From assembly GCA_965285935.1 (NCBI GenBank), contig OZ260662.1, forward strand, positions 29,078,001 through 29,142,000: a stretch of 64,000 nucleotides of DNA, given 5' to 3'. Position numbers and translations under genes: made by a program. This document shows positions 24,845-38,730 of the stretch, piece after piece. Each line of letters begins with the position of its first letter. The first letter of the stretch is position 1. Origin of the DNA: Ophelia neglecta. Lineage: Eukaryota. The notes beneath the pieces are model-generated. The model was not told where the DNA came from, searched no databases, and worked only from the letters and a program-made list of their open reading frames with translations.

Positions 24845-26488
24845 CAGCTGATGATTCTCATGTGGTGACATGGTCATTGTTCATGAACAAGAAAGCCACC
24901 ATTCTGACCCTACCAAACCTTGTGATTTATGTCAAGAGCATGTTCAAGCTACAGGTGTATCTTATAAGAGATTGCTGGAATCCACATTCCTTTTAATAAC
25001 AGAAAAACAACCCACATTGCTGGATTTTTTTAGGTGGCAAAGTGGTACGCAAGGTACTGCATGGCGCATGTACAACCGATCATTGTGCTTGGCCATTTTA
25101 ACTGATATATACCAGCATGAAACCATGGGATCCAACAACACAATTGGCAAGGACAAGTCTCCCAAGTATTTATTTTAATTTTTTTCCTCAATGGAGCATT
25201 ATGTTTTCAAATTGATTAATAACTGCATCTGTCTTGATCTTACAATGTTGTTTGTCATTGCCTGGCACTCAGCTCAATGTTTTTTTTTTGTTCTCAATTG
25301 ATCGGTTCTTGGAAAACAGATGAATTGTAGATTGTTTCAGAACACTCTACCTCCAATTTATTTTCCAATTGTTAAAAACTGTATCAAATAAAGCTCTGTT
25401 TTGATCATTAATCATGGCAAGGTGGAGACTCCAATCTTTATTTTCAGAAAACAAAGGGCAAAATGCTATCATACTTATACTGGATTTCATGAGAGACGCA
25501 TTAACAAATCGGTTCTCTATCATGACGAGTTCTATCCAAATGAATAATGCTTTTAATAAATATCCCCTGAAAAGCCAGCCTAGTGGAATGCAATTTGGCA
25601 GAGGTCACATTTAGTTTGAGGCACAAAGGTCAATCACTGAGGAATTCCACGGCCATAGCTTGTCCTCTGGTTCAGCTGACATTAAGAATAATAGAATTAG
25701 TGTCTTTAGAATTGAGGATGGTCTGGCCGATGCTGAGAGTGGGTCATTGATGAGGAGAGCCTTGTATTAATCTGGATCAGGCACACAGGATACAAGCCCA
25801 CTTCTAGGCGGTGCTGTTAAATTCATGGTATAACCATTTGAGGAATGGAACTTTATTTTTCATTACACACTTTGGGAATGAATTTGTTGTCAGGTATTAC
25901 TGTTCATTGCAAAAGGAACAACTTAAAGTTGGCTGTCTTACTTCATATCTTGATCTGCTCACAAGCGATTGGTGTTGACAGACAATATAACGGCCATTAG
26001 AAAATCAATTTAGTTTTGTCATCTCACTATAATGGAATCACTAGGGTTTCACCCCGGCCAATTGCTCATCGGTCACTTTCAATCTGACATCAGTCCCTAC
26101 AGCAGGCCCTCGCTTGCCCTTGCTACAGTCAGTGGGTAGACCTGTGTACGCCAGTTCTGCTTGACTTTCCTTAATCCCCCAGTGAATGTTAGTGACAACT
26201 TGTTTGCTTATCGCATCCTCCAGTCTTGCTGCAGATAATGCAGCCATTGCGGAATCATGTCTGTTCCCGCTTTAAGGAGTGCATGTAACTCCATCCAAGT
26301 CCAAACTGTCAATTTTCGTCTGCTCCATTAAGTTGTCTGACTTGTCGTCATGAGAGTGGCCAGTAAGAGGATTTTGTGTAAAAGCCTGTGTAGGCTTGTG
26401 GTTATAGTAGAATCCCTAGCCAGATGCCACTGCCACTGGTAACCAGAAGACAAGACATACTGATGTTACCAGTCAGTGATAGTGCTCC

Positions 26489-26842
26489 CAGAGTATTACC
26501 TCTAATAGAGTATAACATGCTCTAACAGAGCAGTACCAGCTTTAACAGAGTAGTACATGTGCTCTAACAGAATATTACATGCCCTAAGAAAGAATTACAT
26601 GCTCTTACACAGTACTGAATGCTGTAACAGATTATTACATTCTCTAGAGGAGCGTCACCAGCTCTAACAGAACATAACATGTGCTCTAACATAGTATTAC
26701 TTGCTCTAACATGGTATTACATGTGTTTTTACAGAGTATCACATGCTCTAACAGAGTATTACATGTGTTCTAACCGAATGTTACATGCTCTTAAAGAGCA
26801 CATTTTTGCCAACAGGAAGTATTAGCAACTTCAACAGAATAT
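26489..26842. repeat. Degenerate ~20-22-bp tandem repeat (CTCTAACAGAGTATTACATG)
   Basis: Recurrent CTCTAACAGAG / TATTACATG motifs. Confidence 0.82.
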
Positions 26843-29354
26843 TAATCTTTTGCAATTATTTTTTCCTGATCTCAATCCTTTGATCATGTTGATATGTTAG
26901 GTTTAATCCCAGGCAAACAAAAAGTCAGGCCTGCTAACAGTGTTTCAAAGCATCAACTGAAGATAAAAAAGTAATATACTGCATTAAGTAACAGAATGTT
27001 GATAAAATCAAAGAGAGATAAAGAAGATAGATTATTAATGGATGTCTTTTGATTACTGGTTTCTTTGCCCTGACTTAGTCATAGATTTGGATCTTTTGAT
27101 CATAAGTCTCAATCTTTTCTTATCAAAAAATATCGTAGCATTTATCTTTTTAGTATTAGACAGTCTTTGCAAGAGAAGGCCTGCCTAAATGTAATGCATG
27201 GCAATATGGCGATGTCCCCCCTGGTGGTTGATTACATATTATATAAATACAGATGATACCGGTAAGTTATCATAGAACACTTTTGTCATCAGCGAGGGGA
27301 TTGTTGGTGACTGAGAGAATGTTATATCAAAATTTCGTATGTCTAGGGTGCTATACTACTTAATGTTCCCTTGGGAGCTAGTCATCTGTGAAGGGATGGC
27401 ATTTGCACAATCTATACAATTTGTTATTTAGAAAAATTATATTGCATGTAGGGTATAAGTCTCACTCTACAGTCCCCCTGCTACAGTTTTTATATACATC
27501 TATTCACCTTAGAATATGAAGGTTGCAAAATATTACTGGGGCTGTTGGAGTCTGACTTGTACTGTGAATAGTCGGAAAAATATCTGCATTGGCCATGTCC
27601 TAGTCTGCCACTGGATTGTTGTTGACTTTGATGATAACCATCCCTCTGACTTTCTCCCACCAAGGCTTTACTGATATTATCTGAGTATATTTGGTGTTTC
27701 TTCATTCAATGCTTTCGATGATGTCAACCAATAGACCCCTTGCACAATACCATCCATCGCTGCAGGCCTACAATTATTTTCCACCAAATCCTGTGAGATC
27801 TCCCGAGAATGACCTTAATAGTCTGCACTGTAGACATCCTCGTGGATGTCTGTACGATTCTGCTGTGTTGCATCCACCAAACAACCGAAAAAATTCAGGG
27901 CTTCAAACTATCCTCGTTTCACCAACAGCCTCCCTGTTTTTGGATGTTTCTCGTGGCAAAACAAATGTCTACAGTTTTCACTTGGTTATTAACTTGTTCT
28001 CACTATATCGGCCGGGACTCAGGAAAGGTACCTGCTGTTATTTGATTATCATTTGGTAATATTATTCACAGAACCACCAAGTTTAAGAGTGTAAGGGCTA
28101 TGATTATAACACATGTTTAATCGTAAGTAGCACATTCTAGCAGAAATCTCACTAAGCCAACTTTTTATAACTATTGTTTACGGTAAATCCTGCAGGCTTA
28201 ATTTTCTCCCTGAATCAAATAAAGTTAAATCTCAATATTTAAATATATATACAATTACGTAATAATTGTCTAACCTACATATTTTCACACTACATAACAA
28301 AAGTCTCCCTGTATGACCTGTATGCCAGACCGAAAACTAGAGAGACCTGAAAATAACTCTTCTTCTACTGATGAAGCAAGGCTGTTTTTCGATATTTACA
28401 TATGTGGCTATTTGGTCAATCCTTGTTGTACCCATCCTGGCCATAATCCATTTCTTCTGATTATATACTGAACAACTGTGTAGCTACTTATACTTACTAC
28501 TTAAATACCCATGCAAAATTCTGCCTAGCCAGATGGATTACCGGATTGACACCGTATTTTATACTGGGTCAGGCGTCAGCAACGTCAAAGGATGTGCTCA
28601 ACAATCCAGCACGTTGGAAATTAAAGTTAGTTTATTGCAATTGTTTTCAGTTGCTGTGTGACCAGGAACCCATATGAGTCACATATGCTGAGATGCTGTT
28701 GTGAGTCTTTTTTAAAATTTCATTTAAAAAATTGGGTAAAATATATGTTCTTTATGCCTTGTTAGTACCTTGCAAAACGTCTTTGCAAAAGGCTAGAAGT
28801 TTGCCGAGGTCAGGTCTTTTCGTCTTTGTCATGTATTTATTCTGATTCAAACACTCATTCACGTTTTAAGCTTCAAAGCGAACAAAATCGGGAGAACTAA
28901 CATCTAACATGGCCGGCACAGTGTAAGTGGGTCATACGACACTAGTGGTGTCGCTTGGTAGGCAAAGTGTGCACTTAATTGGCATTTAGAATATTCTTCT
29001 ACCTGTACAGCAGAAAAGTCCATTTTCATATCAGTAGGGAAAAAATGTACATGTCTAGTAGGTTGTACATCTGGTTAAAACTAACAATCTCTTGGATGCA
29101 TCAAAACATTTGTTTACCACATCCAAAATTTTAAGCACAGTATACTCTTTCAGTTAAATGTCTATTTGATATTAATAAATATTTGGAATTTCGACAATAA
29201 CAATATCTCACACACTTATATAAAAGTATCACTGAAAAATATCATTGAAATGTTAATTACATATATATTGATGTATGTCTGCTTGCAGGGCACCTGTTAA
29301 AACTAACTTTAATACGGGCTTAGGCTTTTTTTGCTTTTCAGTGGGCTATGGGCA

Positions 29355-29990
29355 ATATAGCCATCTGTATCAGCACCAGACCCTGGTGATTAATCTGTCT
29401 GTCACAGTGCCTGTTCCCAGGTTATTTAGCCATCTGTATCTGATTCAAGGCTTGTCCCCAGGTTTTTTAGCCACCTGTAATAGGTCCAGTCCCCAGGCCA
29501 GATGGCTGTCTGTCACAGTGCCTGTTCCCAGGTTATTTAGCCATCTGTATCTGATTCAAGGCTTGTCCCCAGGTTTTTTAGCCACCTGTAATAGGTCCAG
29601 TCCCCAGGCCAGATGGCTGTCTGTCACATTGCCTGTTCCCAAGTTATTTAGCCATCTGTATCAGCGCCAGTCCCTGGTGATTTATCTGTCTGTCACAGTT
29701 CCTGTCCCTGGTTTTTTTGCCACTTGTCATACTGGTAGTTCCAGGATCCAGGCCAGATGGCTGTCTGTCACAGTGACTGTCCCTGGGTTATTTAGCCATC
29801 TGTAACAGTGCCTGTCCCCCAGGTGATTTCACCACCTGTCTCAATGCTTGTCCTTGACTTATTAGCTGTTTGTCACACTCTTAGTCTGTGGGCTTTTTAC
29901 CCAGCTGTCTGGCCTGTACCCTGCCTTCTGTCACAGTACCTGACCCCAGGTGATTTGCTCTATGTCACAGTGCTTGTCCCTGGCACTTGA
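29355..29990. repeat. Tandem repeat with a 111-bp near-perfect duplication built from diverged ~36-37-bp sub-units (CTGTCTGTCACAGTGCCTGTCCCCAGG...)
   Basis: 37-aa exact repeat in ORF 29275-29805; sub-units decay towards 29990. Confidence 0.88.
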
Positions 29991-30349
29991 ACTCCTAAGC
30001 TTGGGGAAGTTTTGCTTTAGCACCTACTCTATTCTCCCCCATCTTCACAATTAACCCATCAGCTTGATGTTAAGATGAACTGCCTGCAGGCTGGTCAGCA
30101 AACTAGATCCAGGTGTCCTACTCCATGTAGATTGAGAAAATAAAACAGAGCATAACTGGGTCTTTCCTGGACAATTCTTGCCAAGAGAGCAGCTAATCCA
30201 GGCCCAGTTCAGACAGGGGTAGCCTCATCCCTGGCTGCTGTGGTATCAGTGTCTGCAGGGGAGAATTATTTGTTCTATAAACACAGCAAAGTGGGGCAAT
30301 AATACACCTGTAACACTCCTGCTCAACATACACCCCAAACACATCACCA

Positions 30350-30540
30350 TGGACCCCATTTGGCTCTCCAAATCTGGGCTCTCCACCACTGGAATCTCCC
30401 CCATTTGGCTCTCCAAATCTGGGCTCTCCCCCACAGGGCTCTCCACCACAGGGCTCTCCACCACTGGGCCCTTCACCTCTGGACTCTCAAAACCTGGGCT
30501 CTCCACCACTGGACTCTCCAAACCTCGGCCCTCCAAACCT
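30350..30540. repeat. 15-bp tandem repeat (GGGCTCTCCACCACT-like)
   Basis: 5-aa periodicity (GLSTT/GLSKP) in overlapping ORFs. Confidence 0.88.
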
Positions 30541-33025
30541 AGTATTCTGTATAAAAAAGAGTCCCTAACACCATATCAGCTCCTATTCCACTGCAGTTTT
30601 GTTTGCATTGTTTGTCAAAGACATGAACCCTTGGAAAATATACTCATCTTTTGGCATGTTACAGACATCAAATTTGCATATTTGTTTGGCCTCAGACAGT
30701 TTTATATACTGGTAACATCTTCAAGACTATGAACTTCAGAGGCTTATAATTTTTCTAATGTTATAGTTACGAAAACTTTTTTCTTGTGTTTGTGGCATTT
30801 TTAATACTCCTTCTATTTATTTAACCCATAAACCACTGGAATTTTCTTTAAGCAAGTAATTTTAGTACAAATCAGTCAGTATCAAGGGATTAACGGGTTA
30901 ATAACATGAAATCGTTTATTACTTTAAATCTACTCTCTCAATTTTCCACAAATTGTCCAAAATTGCTCAAGAAAATGTCGTATTACAGGCCATTATGAAG
31001 TAAAGACCTGTTTTTAGGATGTACGGTAGATAGTTTTGACTAAGGTTTGGGCTCCCTGCAGGTGTTGTTAATTGTATTTAATGGCCCCATGGCGGGTGTG
31101 TTAGAACCTCCAGGTTTGAGGTGGAGCCCCACCACTCTGGTAGACACCTGGTATAGGATCAGGGCCAGTGTGATCAGAGCCAGTCCTGGGCCGTCTGCTT
31201 GTAGTCAGTAACACCAGGCTGCTATCAGGATGTAACAGAAACCAAACTCAGGGTGGTAACATTGTAACACATACCACAATCAAACACTCAGGCTGCCCCT
31301 CAGGTGTGGCAATGAAGACTGACTGCTCCCAGGAGGACAACACTCAACCGAAGAGCCGGGGAAATAGAGAAACAGCCCAATCTCTGATAAAGAAGATCAC
31401 TCAATATCAATGGAACTCAATTCAGGCTGTTAATCCCTTGGTTAATGCAGTGTTCAGCTAATATTTCAGCCAATTTTTGGTTGAGAATTCAAAGAACAAC
31501 ACCAGAATGACAGTAAAGTCTTCAAGTAAACCTTTACAACCACTGGTCATTCATTTTATTATTTCATGTAGTACTCGTCTTTTTGGACTGATTTAATCTT
31601 TGCTGCAATTTGTCTAAATAGCACTGTGAAAGGAATAACGCTATTGTGAGAGGGAAAATTATGGCATTTGAGAGCATACTTCTTTCCAGCTAAATACTAG
31701 TTTGATATTTCAAGTTGTGTGGCTTTTTGGCAGCTATAATAAGGCATGCTGTTACTAACAGTAATTTTCTTTTCCCACAAAAAAAGAAAAACTCTTAGCA
31801 GCTCTTAGGTTCCCTTTCCTTTAAAATTCCATATAATTTATCAATGACAAGGCCCATACAACTAGGTGGCTTTTAAGTGAACTTTTACATCTTGAAAGGT
31901 GTTGCCGTGTCATTTCCTAAAAATATCAAACTGCTACTCCTTTTCTCTTGGCTGAGCCATTGGCAGTATGTTGCCTCATGCCCCCATCCCCCTGAGCCAG
32001 GCAAGTATGCACTGCAGCAGCTTGATATAGATTAATTTGACTGGAAAGCTCCATCAAGCTGTGCATCAAGGCAGGTAATCCCAGCAGGCTGGGACATATC
32101 TACTGGTACAGGCCACACAACATGGAAAACGCCTCTGTCAGAATATCTCCACCCATGCTGCGGGGGATTCCTCTAGTTTCTATTGCAATGGGACCCTAAA
32201 CAAGGCAGCTGAAAGCAATGGCTTAAGTTTCAACATCCCTTTCCTCTATTTATTTTTAGGCATGAATGATCCGGATATGTTTTATGTGAAAAAACACATT
32301 GTTTACAATTATCTTTATACCTGTTTAAGCTCATGTGAGCTTTTTTTGTAATGTAAGTTGTCTGCTAAGCTATTCTACAATAGTGCCACTCTTTCGAAGC
32401 TTTGCATATATAATCATACTTTTAATTGATTCACTTAAAATCTGTTTCCAAGGATTTGTAGCACATACCACTTGCTATGTATATTTATGCATTTTTCGTT
32501 GAGCCTTTTTTATTATCTTATATTTTTTAGGCCTTTCACAACGAACAGTGTCATTTTATGTCTAGATTTAAATAAATGAATTGTCACTGCTAAAGCAAGG
32601 TGGTGCTGTCCTTATCACCCTGGCTTATGTCAGGTGTCATGTCATATCTCTCAGCTCTGCTTTATTCTTTCGGCAATCACCACACTGGGATATATCCATG
32701 GCCCCACAGACTTTGAGGTGTCCTCAACACGAAAGTGACAAGACATTTTCTTTATCAGGTGACAATTTGCAGACTGAGATATTTAGAGCAGCTGCTGGAT
32801 GGACAAACCAATTGCATTTATCCTAAGGGTGTCACTAATGTAGTTTCAACTCACTGCACTTTTATTAGAGGCATAGTGATCAACTTTTGATGAGAGGAAG
32901 TAGATTTAGTTAATATATTTGTATTCTTTTTTCTCAATAATGCACTGTAAGCCCAGTAGTAGTTAGGACCCGAGAGTTGGGACCCACTTGTTCAAGAACA
33001 TTGTGAGAGTATTGCTACAGTGTGG

Positions 33026-33119
33026 CATAGGCTGTCATTATCTGGTACGGCCCTGTGTACTACCAATAAGCTCGCTTATTGGCAGTACACAGGGCCGTAC
33101 CAGATAATGACAGCCTATG
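33026..33119. mobile_element. 94-bp fold-back MITE with 8-bp target-site duplication (P- or hAT-superfamily type)
   Basis: 46-bp inverted arms (33026-33071 and 33074-33119, one mismatch, 2-nt loop) with termini CATAGG...CCTATG. Flanked by perfect direct repeats CAGTGTGG (33018-33025 and 33120-33127). Confidence 0.9.
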
Positions 33120-33266
33120 CAGTGTGGAGGTATCATATTTGTTCTCTCTATCTGAGTGTGGTATGAGTATGGTTGCCTTTTGGTTCCTTTTGTGATCTGG
33201 GTGTGGTATTAATCTTGGGGTATCATGCTTAATTGTTTTATATGTTTTATATGCTGGTGGAGAAAT

Positions 33267-35556
33267 CATGCTCCTTTGTGGCCTGATTGTGGTATGCCTG
33301 TGGTGATATCATGCTCCTTTGTGGCCTGATTGTGGTATGCCTGTGGTGATATCATGCTCCTTTGTGGCCTGATTGTGGTATGCCTGTGGTGATATCATGC
33401 TCCTTTGTGGCCTGATTGTGGTATGCCTGTGGTGATATCATGCTCCTTTGTGGCCTGATTGTAGTATGCCTGTGGTGATATCATGCTCCTTTGTGGCCTG
33501 ATTGTGGTATGCCTGTGGTGATATCATGCTCCTTTGTGGCCTGATTGTAGTATGCCTGTGGTGATATCATGCTCCTTTGTGGCCTGATTGTGGTATGCCT
33601 GTGGTGATATCATGCTCCTTTGTGGCCTGATTGTGGTATGCCTGTGGTGATATCATGCTCCTTTGTGGCCTGATTGTGGTATGCCTGTGGTGATATCATG
33701 CTCCTTTGTGGCCTGATTGTGGTATGCCTGTGGTGATATCATGCTCCTTTGTGGCCTGATTGTGGTATGCCTGTGGTGATATCATGCTCCTTTGTGGCCT
33801 GATTGTGGTATGCCTGTGGTGATATCATGCTCCTTTGTGGCCTGATTGTGGTATGCCTGTGGTGATATCATGCTCCTTTGTGGCCTGATTGTGGTATGCC
33901 TGTGGTGATATCATGCTCCTTTGTGGCCTGATTGTGGTATGCCTGTGGTGATAGCATGCTCCTTTGTGGCCTGATTGTGGTATGCCTGTGGTGATAGCAT
34001 GCTCCTTTGTGGCCTGATTGTGGTATGCCTGTGGTGATATCATGCTCCTTTGTGGCCTGATTGTGGTATGCCTGTGGTGATATCATGCTCCTTTGTGGCC
34101 TGATTGTGGTATGCCTGTGGTGATATCATGCTCCTTTGTGGCCTGATTGTGGTATGCCTGTGGTGATATCATGCTCCTTTGTGGCCTGATTGTGGTATGC
34201 CTGTGGAGATATCATGCTCCTTTGTGGCCTGATTGTGGTATGCCTGTGGTGATATCATGCTCCTTTGTGGCCTGATTGTGGTATGCCTGTGGTGATATCA
34301 TGCTCCTTTGTGGCCTGATTGTGGTATGCCTGTGGTGATATCATGCTCCTTTGTGGCCTGATTGTGGTATGCCTGTGGTGATAGCATGCTCCTTTGTGGC
34401 CTGATTGTGGTATGCCTGTGGTGATAGCATGCTCCTTTGTGGCCTGATTGTGGTATGCCTGTGGTGATATCATGCTCCTTTGTGGCCTGATTGTGGTATG
34501 CCTGTGGTGATATCATGCTCCTTTGTGGCCTGATTGTGGTATGCCTGTGGTGATATCATGCTCCTTTGTGGCCTGATTGTGGTATGCCTGTGGTGATATC
34601 ATGCTCCTTTGTGGCCTGATTGTGGTATGCCTGTGGAGATATCATGCTCCTTTGTGGCCTGATTGTGGTATGCCTGTGGTGATATCATGCTCCTTTGTGG
34701 CCTGATTGTGGTATGCCTGTGGTGATATCATGCTCCTTTGTGGCCTGATTGTGGTATGCCTGTGGTGATATCATGCTCCTTTGTGGCCTGATTGTGGTAT
34801 GCCTGTGGTGATAGCATGCTCCTTTGTGGCCTGATTGTGGTATGCCTGTGGTGATATCATGCTCCTTTGTGGCCTGATTGTGGTATGCCTGTGGTGATAT
34901 CATGCTCCTTTGTGGCCTGATTGTGGTATGCCTGTGGTGATAGCATGCTCCTTTGTGGCCTGATTGTGGTATGCCTGTGGTGATATCATGCTCCTTTGTG
35001 GCCTGATTGTGGTATGCCTGTGGTGATATCATGCTCCTTTGTGGCCTGATTGTGGTATGCCTGTGGTGATAGCATGCTCCTTTGTGGCCTGATTGTGGTA
35101 TGCCTGTGGTGATATCATGCTCCTTTGTGGCCTGATTGTGGTATGCCTGTGGTGATATCATGCTCCTTTGTGGCCTGATTGTGGTATGCCTGTGGTGATA
35201 TCATGCTCCTTTGTGGCCTGATTGTGGTATGCCTGTGGTGATATCATGCTCCTTTGTGGCCTGATTGTGGTATGCCTGTGGTGATATCATGCTCCTTTGT
35301 GGCCTGATTGTGGTATGCCTGTGGTGATATCATGCTCCTTTGTGGCCTGATTGTGGTATGCCTGTGGTGATAGCATGCTCCTTTGTGGCCTGATTGTGGT
35401 ATGCCTGTGGTGATATCATGCTCCTTTGTGGCCTGATTGTGGTATGCCTGTGGTGATAGCATGCTCCTTTGTGGCCTGATTGTGGTATGCCTGTGGTGAT
35501 AGCATGCTCCTTTGTGGCCTGATTGTGGTATGCCTGTGGTGATAGCATGCTCCTTT
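33267..35556. repeat. 43-bp satellite (CATGCTCCTTTGTGGCCTGATTGTGGTATGCCTGTGGTGATAT), 53 full copies
   Basis: First unit at 33267 and last partial unit at 35546; the difference is 2279 = 53 x 43. Only a few recurrent point variants. Confidence 0.98.
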
Positions 35557-38305
35557 TTGGTTCCAGTGTGGTATATGTGTGGTGTTGTCAGGTGCTCTGC
35601 ATCTTTTTGGACTCAGCTGAGGAGTCTTTGGTTATTCATTTATTTGCTTTAATACTCAAACAGTGATTGTCTATAATCAGTAGTCTGTTGAATTCTCATT
35701 CTACCCATTTTAACAGGGTTCATGTGTGGAGTCTTGAAGATTTATATCCCACAGATATATATGATGAAGTGTGAGTGGGTTTTGTTGGGTCCTATTGTCT
35801 TGACTTGTCAAGTCTGCTCACTGGGGGCCGCCTGTAGATGATACATATCTTAATCAGAGGCATTGGGCGCAGACCTACGTCAAAGTGCCAGGACCAACCC
35901 ACTTTCTCCAATCAGGTGGAATCAAGATACTGGTCAGGAGTAATTAAGTGCTAGTTCAAGGCTCCAAGGTCAGCTGGCTCTAGGGACAGAATAAAATGTC
36001 CTCTTCTCTAGTCATTACCAGGGCCTGAGTGAAACCCCTAATCCCGGCTACGCTCTTCTACTATCAACACATTTTAAACACTAACAGTGCCTTGTGGAGA
36101 AACCTTGAAGAAAGAGAATTTTGTATTTAGGTATGTTTTTTTGACCAGACAAAGCAAACATTACATGGAGAATTCAAATGTTGAAATAATAAACTTAAGA
36201 ACAATTACTGGACTAACCAGTAACAAACAAATGACAAATTGTTCTTATCCTCTGGGAGGTTCTCTCCATAGAAGTACCTTGAGTATAAATCAGAAACTGT
36301 TTGGTATACATCATTTTATGTTGTTTGATTAAAGAAAGAATAGCAGATCCTTTAACTGTTCCTATTGAGCCTGCAGGAGATGATTTGTGTGTGTATGTCA
36401 TATTTACAGCCAATATAACCTCTCCCTTTTACCATTCTGACATCTGGAGAAGATTTATTTTGTTAATATGAGATTTGAGTTTTTCCTCAACATTTGATTT
36501 AAATTTGCTTCACAACTTATCTGACAGGTAGAAATATATAGTAATTTTGACGTACAGTCTGATGAATCTTGTGATCTTGTGTGGTCTAGTTCTAAAATAA
36601 CTGTGTATTGGTAGGAATGTGGGAGAAATGAACTGTACAGAAGACAAATCTCCCTTGTGATCACTGCCAGGAGAGGGTAACACCCCCTGGTGACCCTGGT
36701 GAGGATGTGTGGCCATGTGGATGGGCTCTGGGCTGCCATATTACTGCTGGCCTTGTTCATGTGGCCAACTGCCTCTCACTCAGTGTCTGGGGAACACAGC
36801 ATATATCATAACCATTTGTCAACCTAATGTATTCAGCCAACACCTGACTTTGATTCAGGCAGGTCATTTTTTGTCTTTTTTCAACACCCTGCGTATACTT
36901 GTTGTGGAGGTGTTCTGCTGGCATCGACATGCTTGTGAGGCGCTTTGGAGCAGTTTGTTGATGATTGGGCCTTTCATGGCACTATAATTTGTAGCTGTAC
37001 TTGCTGACATGCCTAAAGTTCCCTTAAGCAAACACTTACCACTACATTAGCAAAAAGACAGATCATTTGCTTGTCATTGAGTAATCACCTCAATGTGCAA
37101 CAAGCTTCTCCCTTTTGTAAGGAGAAATTGGAAATCCAAGTAATACTCTGCTGCCTACTCCCTTGGGGCCAACCACAAAGAATGGGGCCATGTTGCCTAT
37201 GTTTTATTGCACAGGTTCTTGCTGCTCCCATAAGTTGCATACCATTATAATAGAACTGTCCAGAGTAAGTTATGAACTTAGACACCGGCTTCCTTTATAA
37301 AGAGCAAATAGAAATATGGATCACCTCTCCTACTTCCTGTGGGAACTGCTCATTCTGTCTGTAGTTAATACTTACCCTATAGTTTATACTTACCCAACTC
37401 CACAGTTTTCCAGGTAGTAGATATCCAGGTCCTGTCCAGCAAATATTTAAGCTTTTGAACTGAAAGGCAATCAATTTTCTAACTGTGTTTTGACCTTCAC
37501 TGCCGTGTCAGATTGTGCCATTGGTAGTGGGGCAGCAATCTTGTTTGTGGCATAATTTGTATGAGTTAGATTGAGTGGTAACCACCCGCTCCAGTTTGAT
37601 GGGACACATCCCTACTGACTTTTTGATTTAACTTGATCACACTGATCGCAGATAGACCCTCAATGCTCCGTCGTTCTCTAAGTGAAAATCATTGATTTCC
37701 ATTCCCAATGGGTGCTTTGCCTGATTTGAGCTACACAACCACAATTTTCTAACAACTAAGTAACAATCAGGCAAAACATGTCAAAAGTAATCGGGACAGC
37801 TCCTGATGAATGTCACAGTTGTTTGAATGCTGGCAATCTGTTTGATTCATTCTCAATCAAGTTCTTTTATTTTTTACTATGCAGCAGTGTGACTAGTTAA
37901 CAAAACTCAACCGAAAGATCTGTATGATTACATAACTTAAACAACAATGTCAAGATTTTCTTATTTCTTCTCCCTCAGCGGCATTTTTATGTTTTGACTC
38001 CTGTCATTTTATTACCATATCTATATGAAAATCACATCACAAACATGACACTACAATCTGACAGCAACCAACAGCTGTCTAGCCCACTTCCCTCCCTAGT
38101 CAACTCTGGTAATGACAGTTTCTTCTCATGCTGTCTGATTTCAAGGATTTATATTTTGAGTTGAACTTGCCTGCAGATATGGTATTTAATAACTTTAGTC
38201 TGTAAATCAAGCAAACTTTATAAATTTGATACAAAAGAGGCATCGCCTGTCTTTATCATTGTTTCTTGTCTTTCCCAGCTATGGCTTAATTATTCATGTG
38301 TATAA

Positions 38306-38730
38306 AATAATCTTGTCCTGTACACACCACAACTATACAATAGTCTTGTCCTGTAAACACCACAACTATACAATAATCTTGTCCTGTAAACACCACAACT
38401 ATACAATAATCTTGTCCTGTAAACACCACAACTATACAATAATCTTGTCCTGTAAACACCACAACTATACAATAATCTTGTCCTGTACACACCACAACTA
38501 TACAATAATCTTGTCCTGTAAACACCACAACTATACAATAATCTTGTCCTGTAAACACCACAACTATACAATAATCTTGTCCTGTACACACCACAACTAT
38601 ACAATAGTCTTGGCTTGTACATACCACAACTATACAATAATCTTGTCCTGTAAACACCACAAGTGTACAATAGTCTTGTCCTGTACACACCACCAGTGTA
38701 CAATAGTCTTGTCCTGTACATACCACAATA
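38306..38730. repeat. 33-bp minisatellite (ATAATCTTGTCCTGTAAACACCACAACTATACA), about 13 copies
   Basis: 11-aa periodicity in three overlapping ORFs. Confidence 0.96.

Noticed and set aside
29275-30732. Repeat-containing ORFs at 29275-29805 and 30246-30732
   Set aside because: Explained by the 111-bp and 15-bp tandem repeats.
33267-35556. CRISPR-like appearance of this array and the other 31-51-bp arrays
   Set aside because: The units are head-to-tail with no unique spacers, there are no cas genes, and the context is eukaryotic introns.
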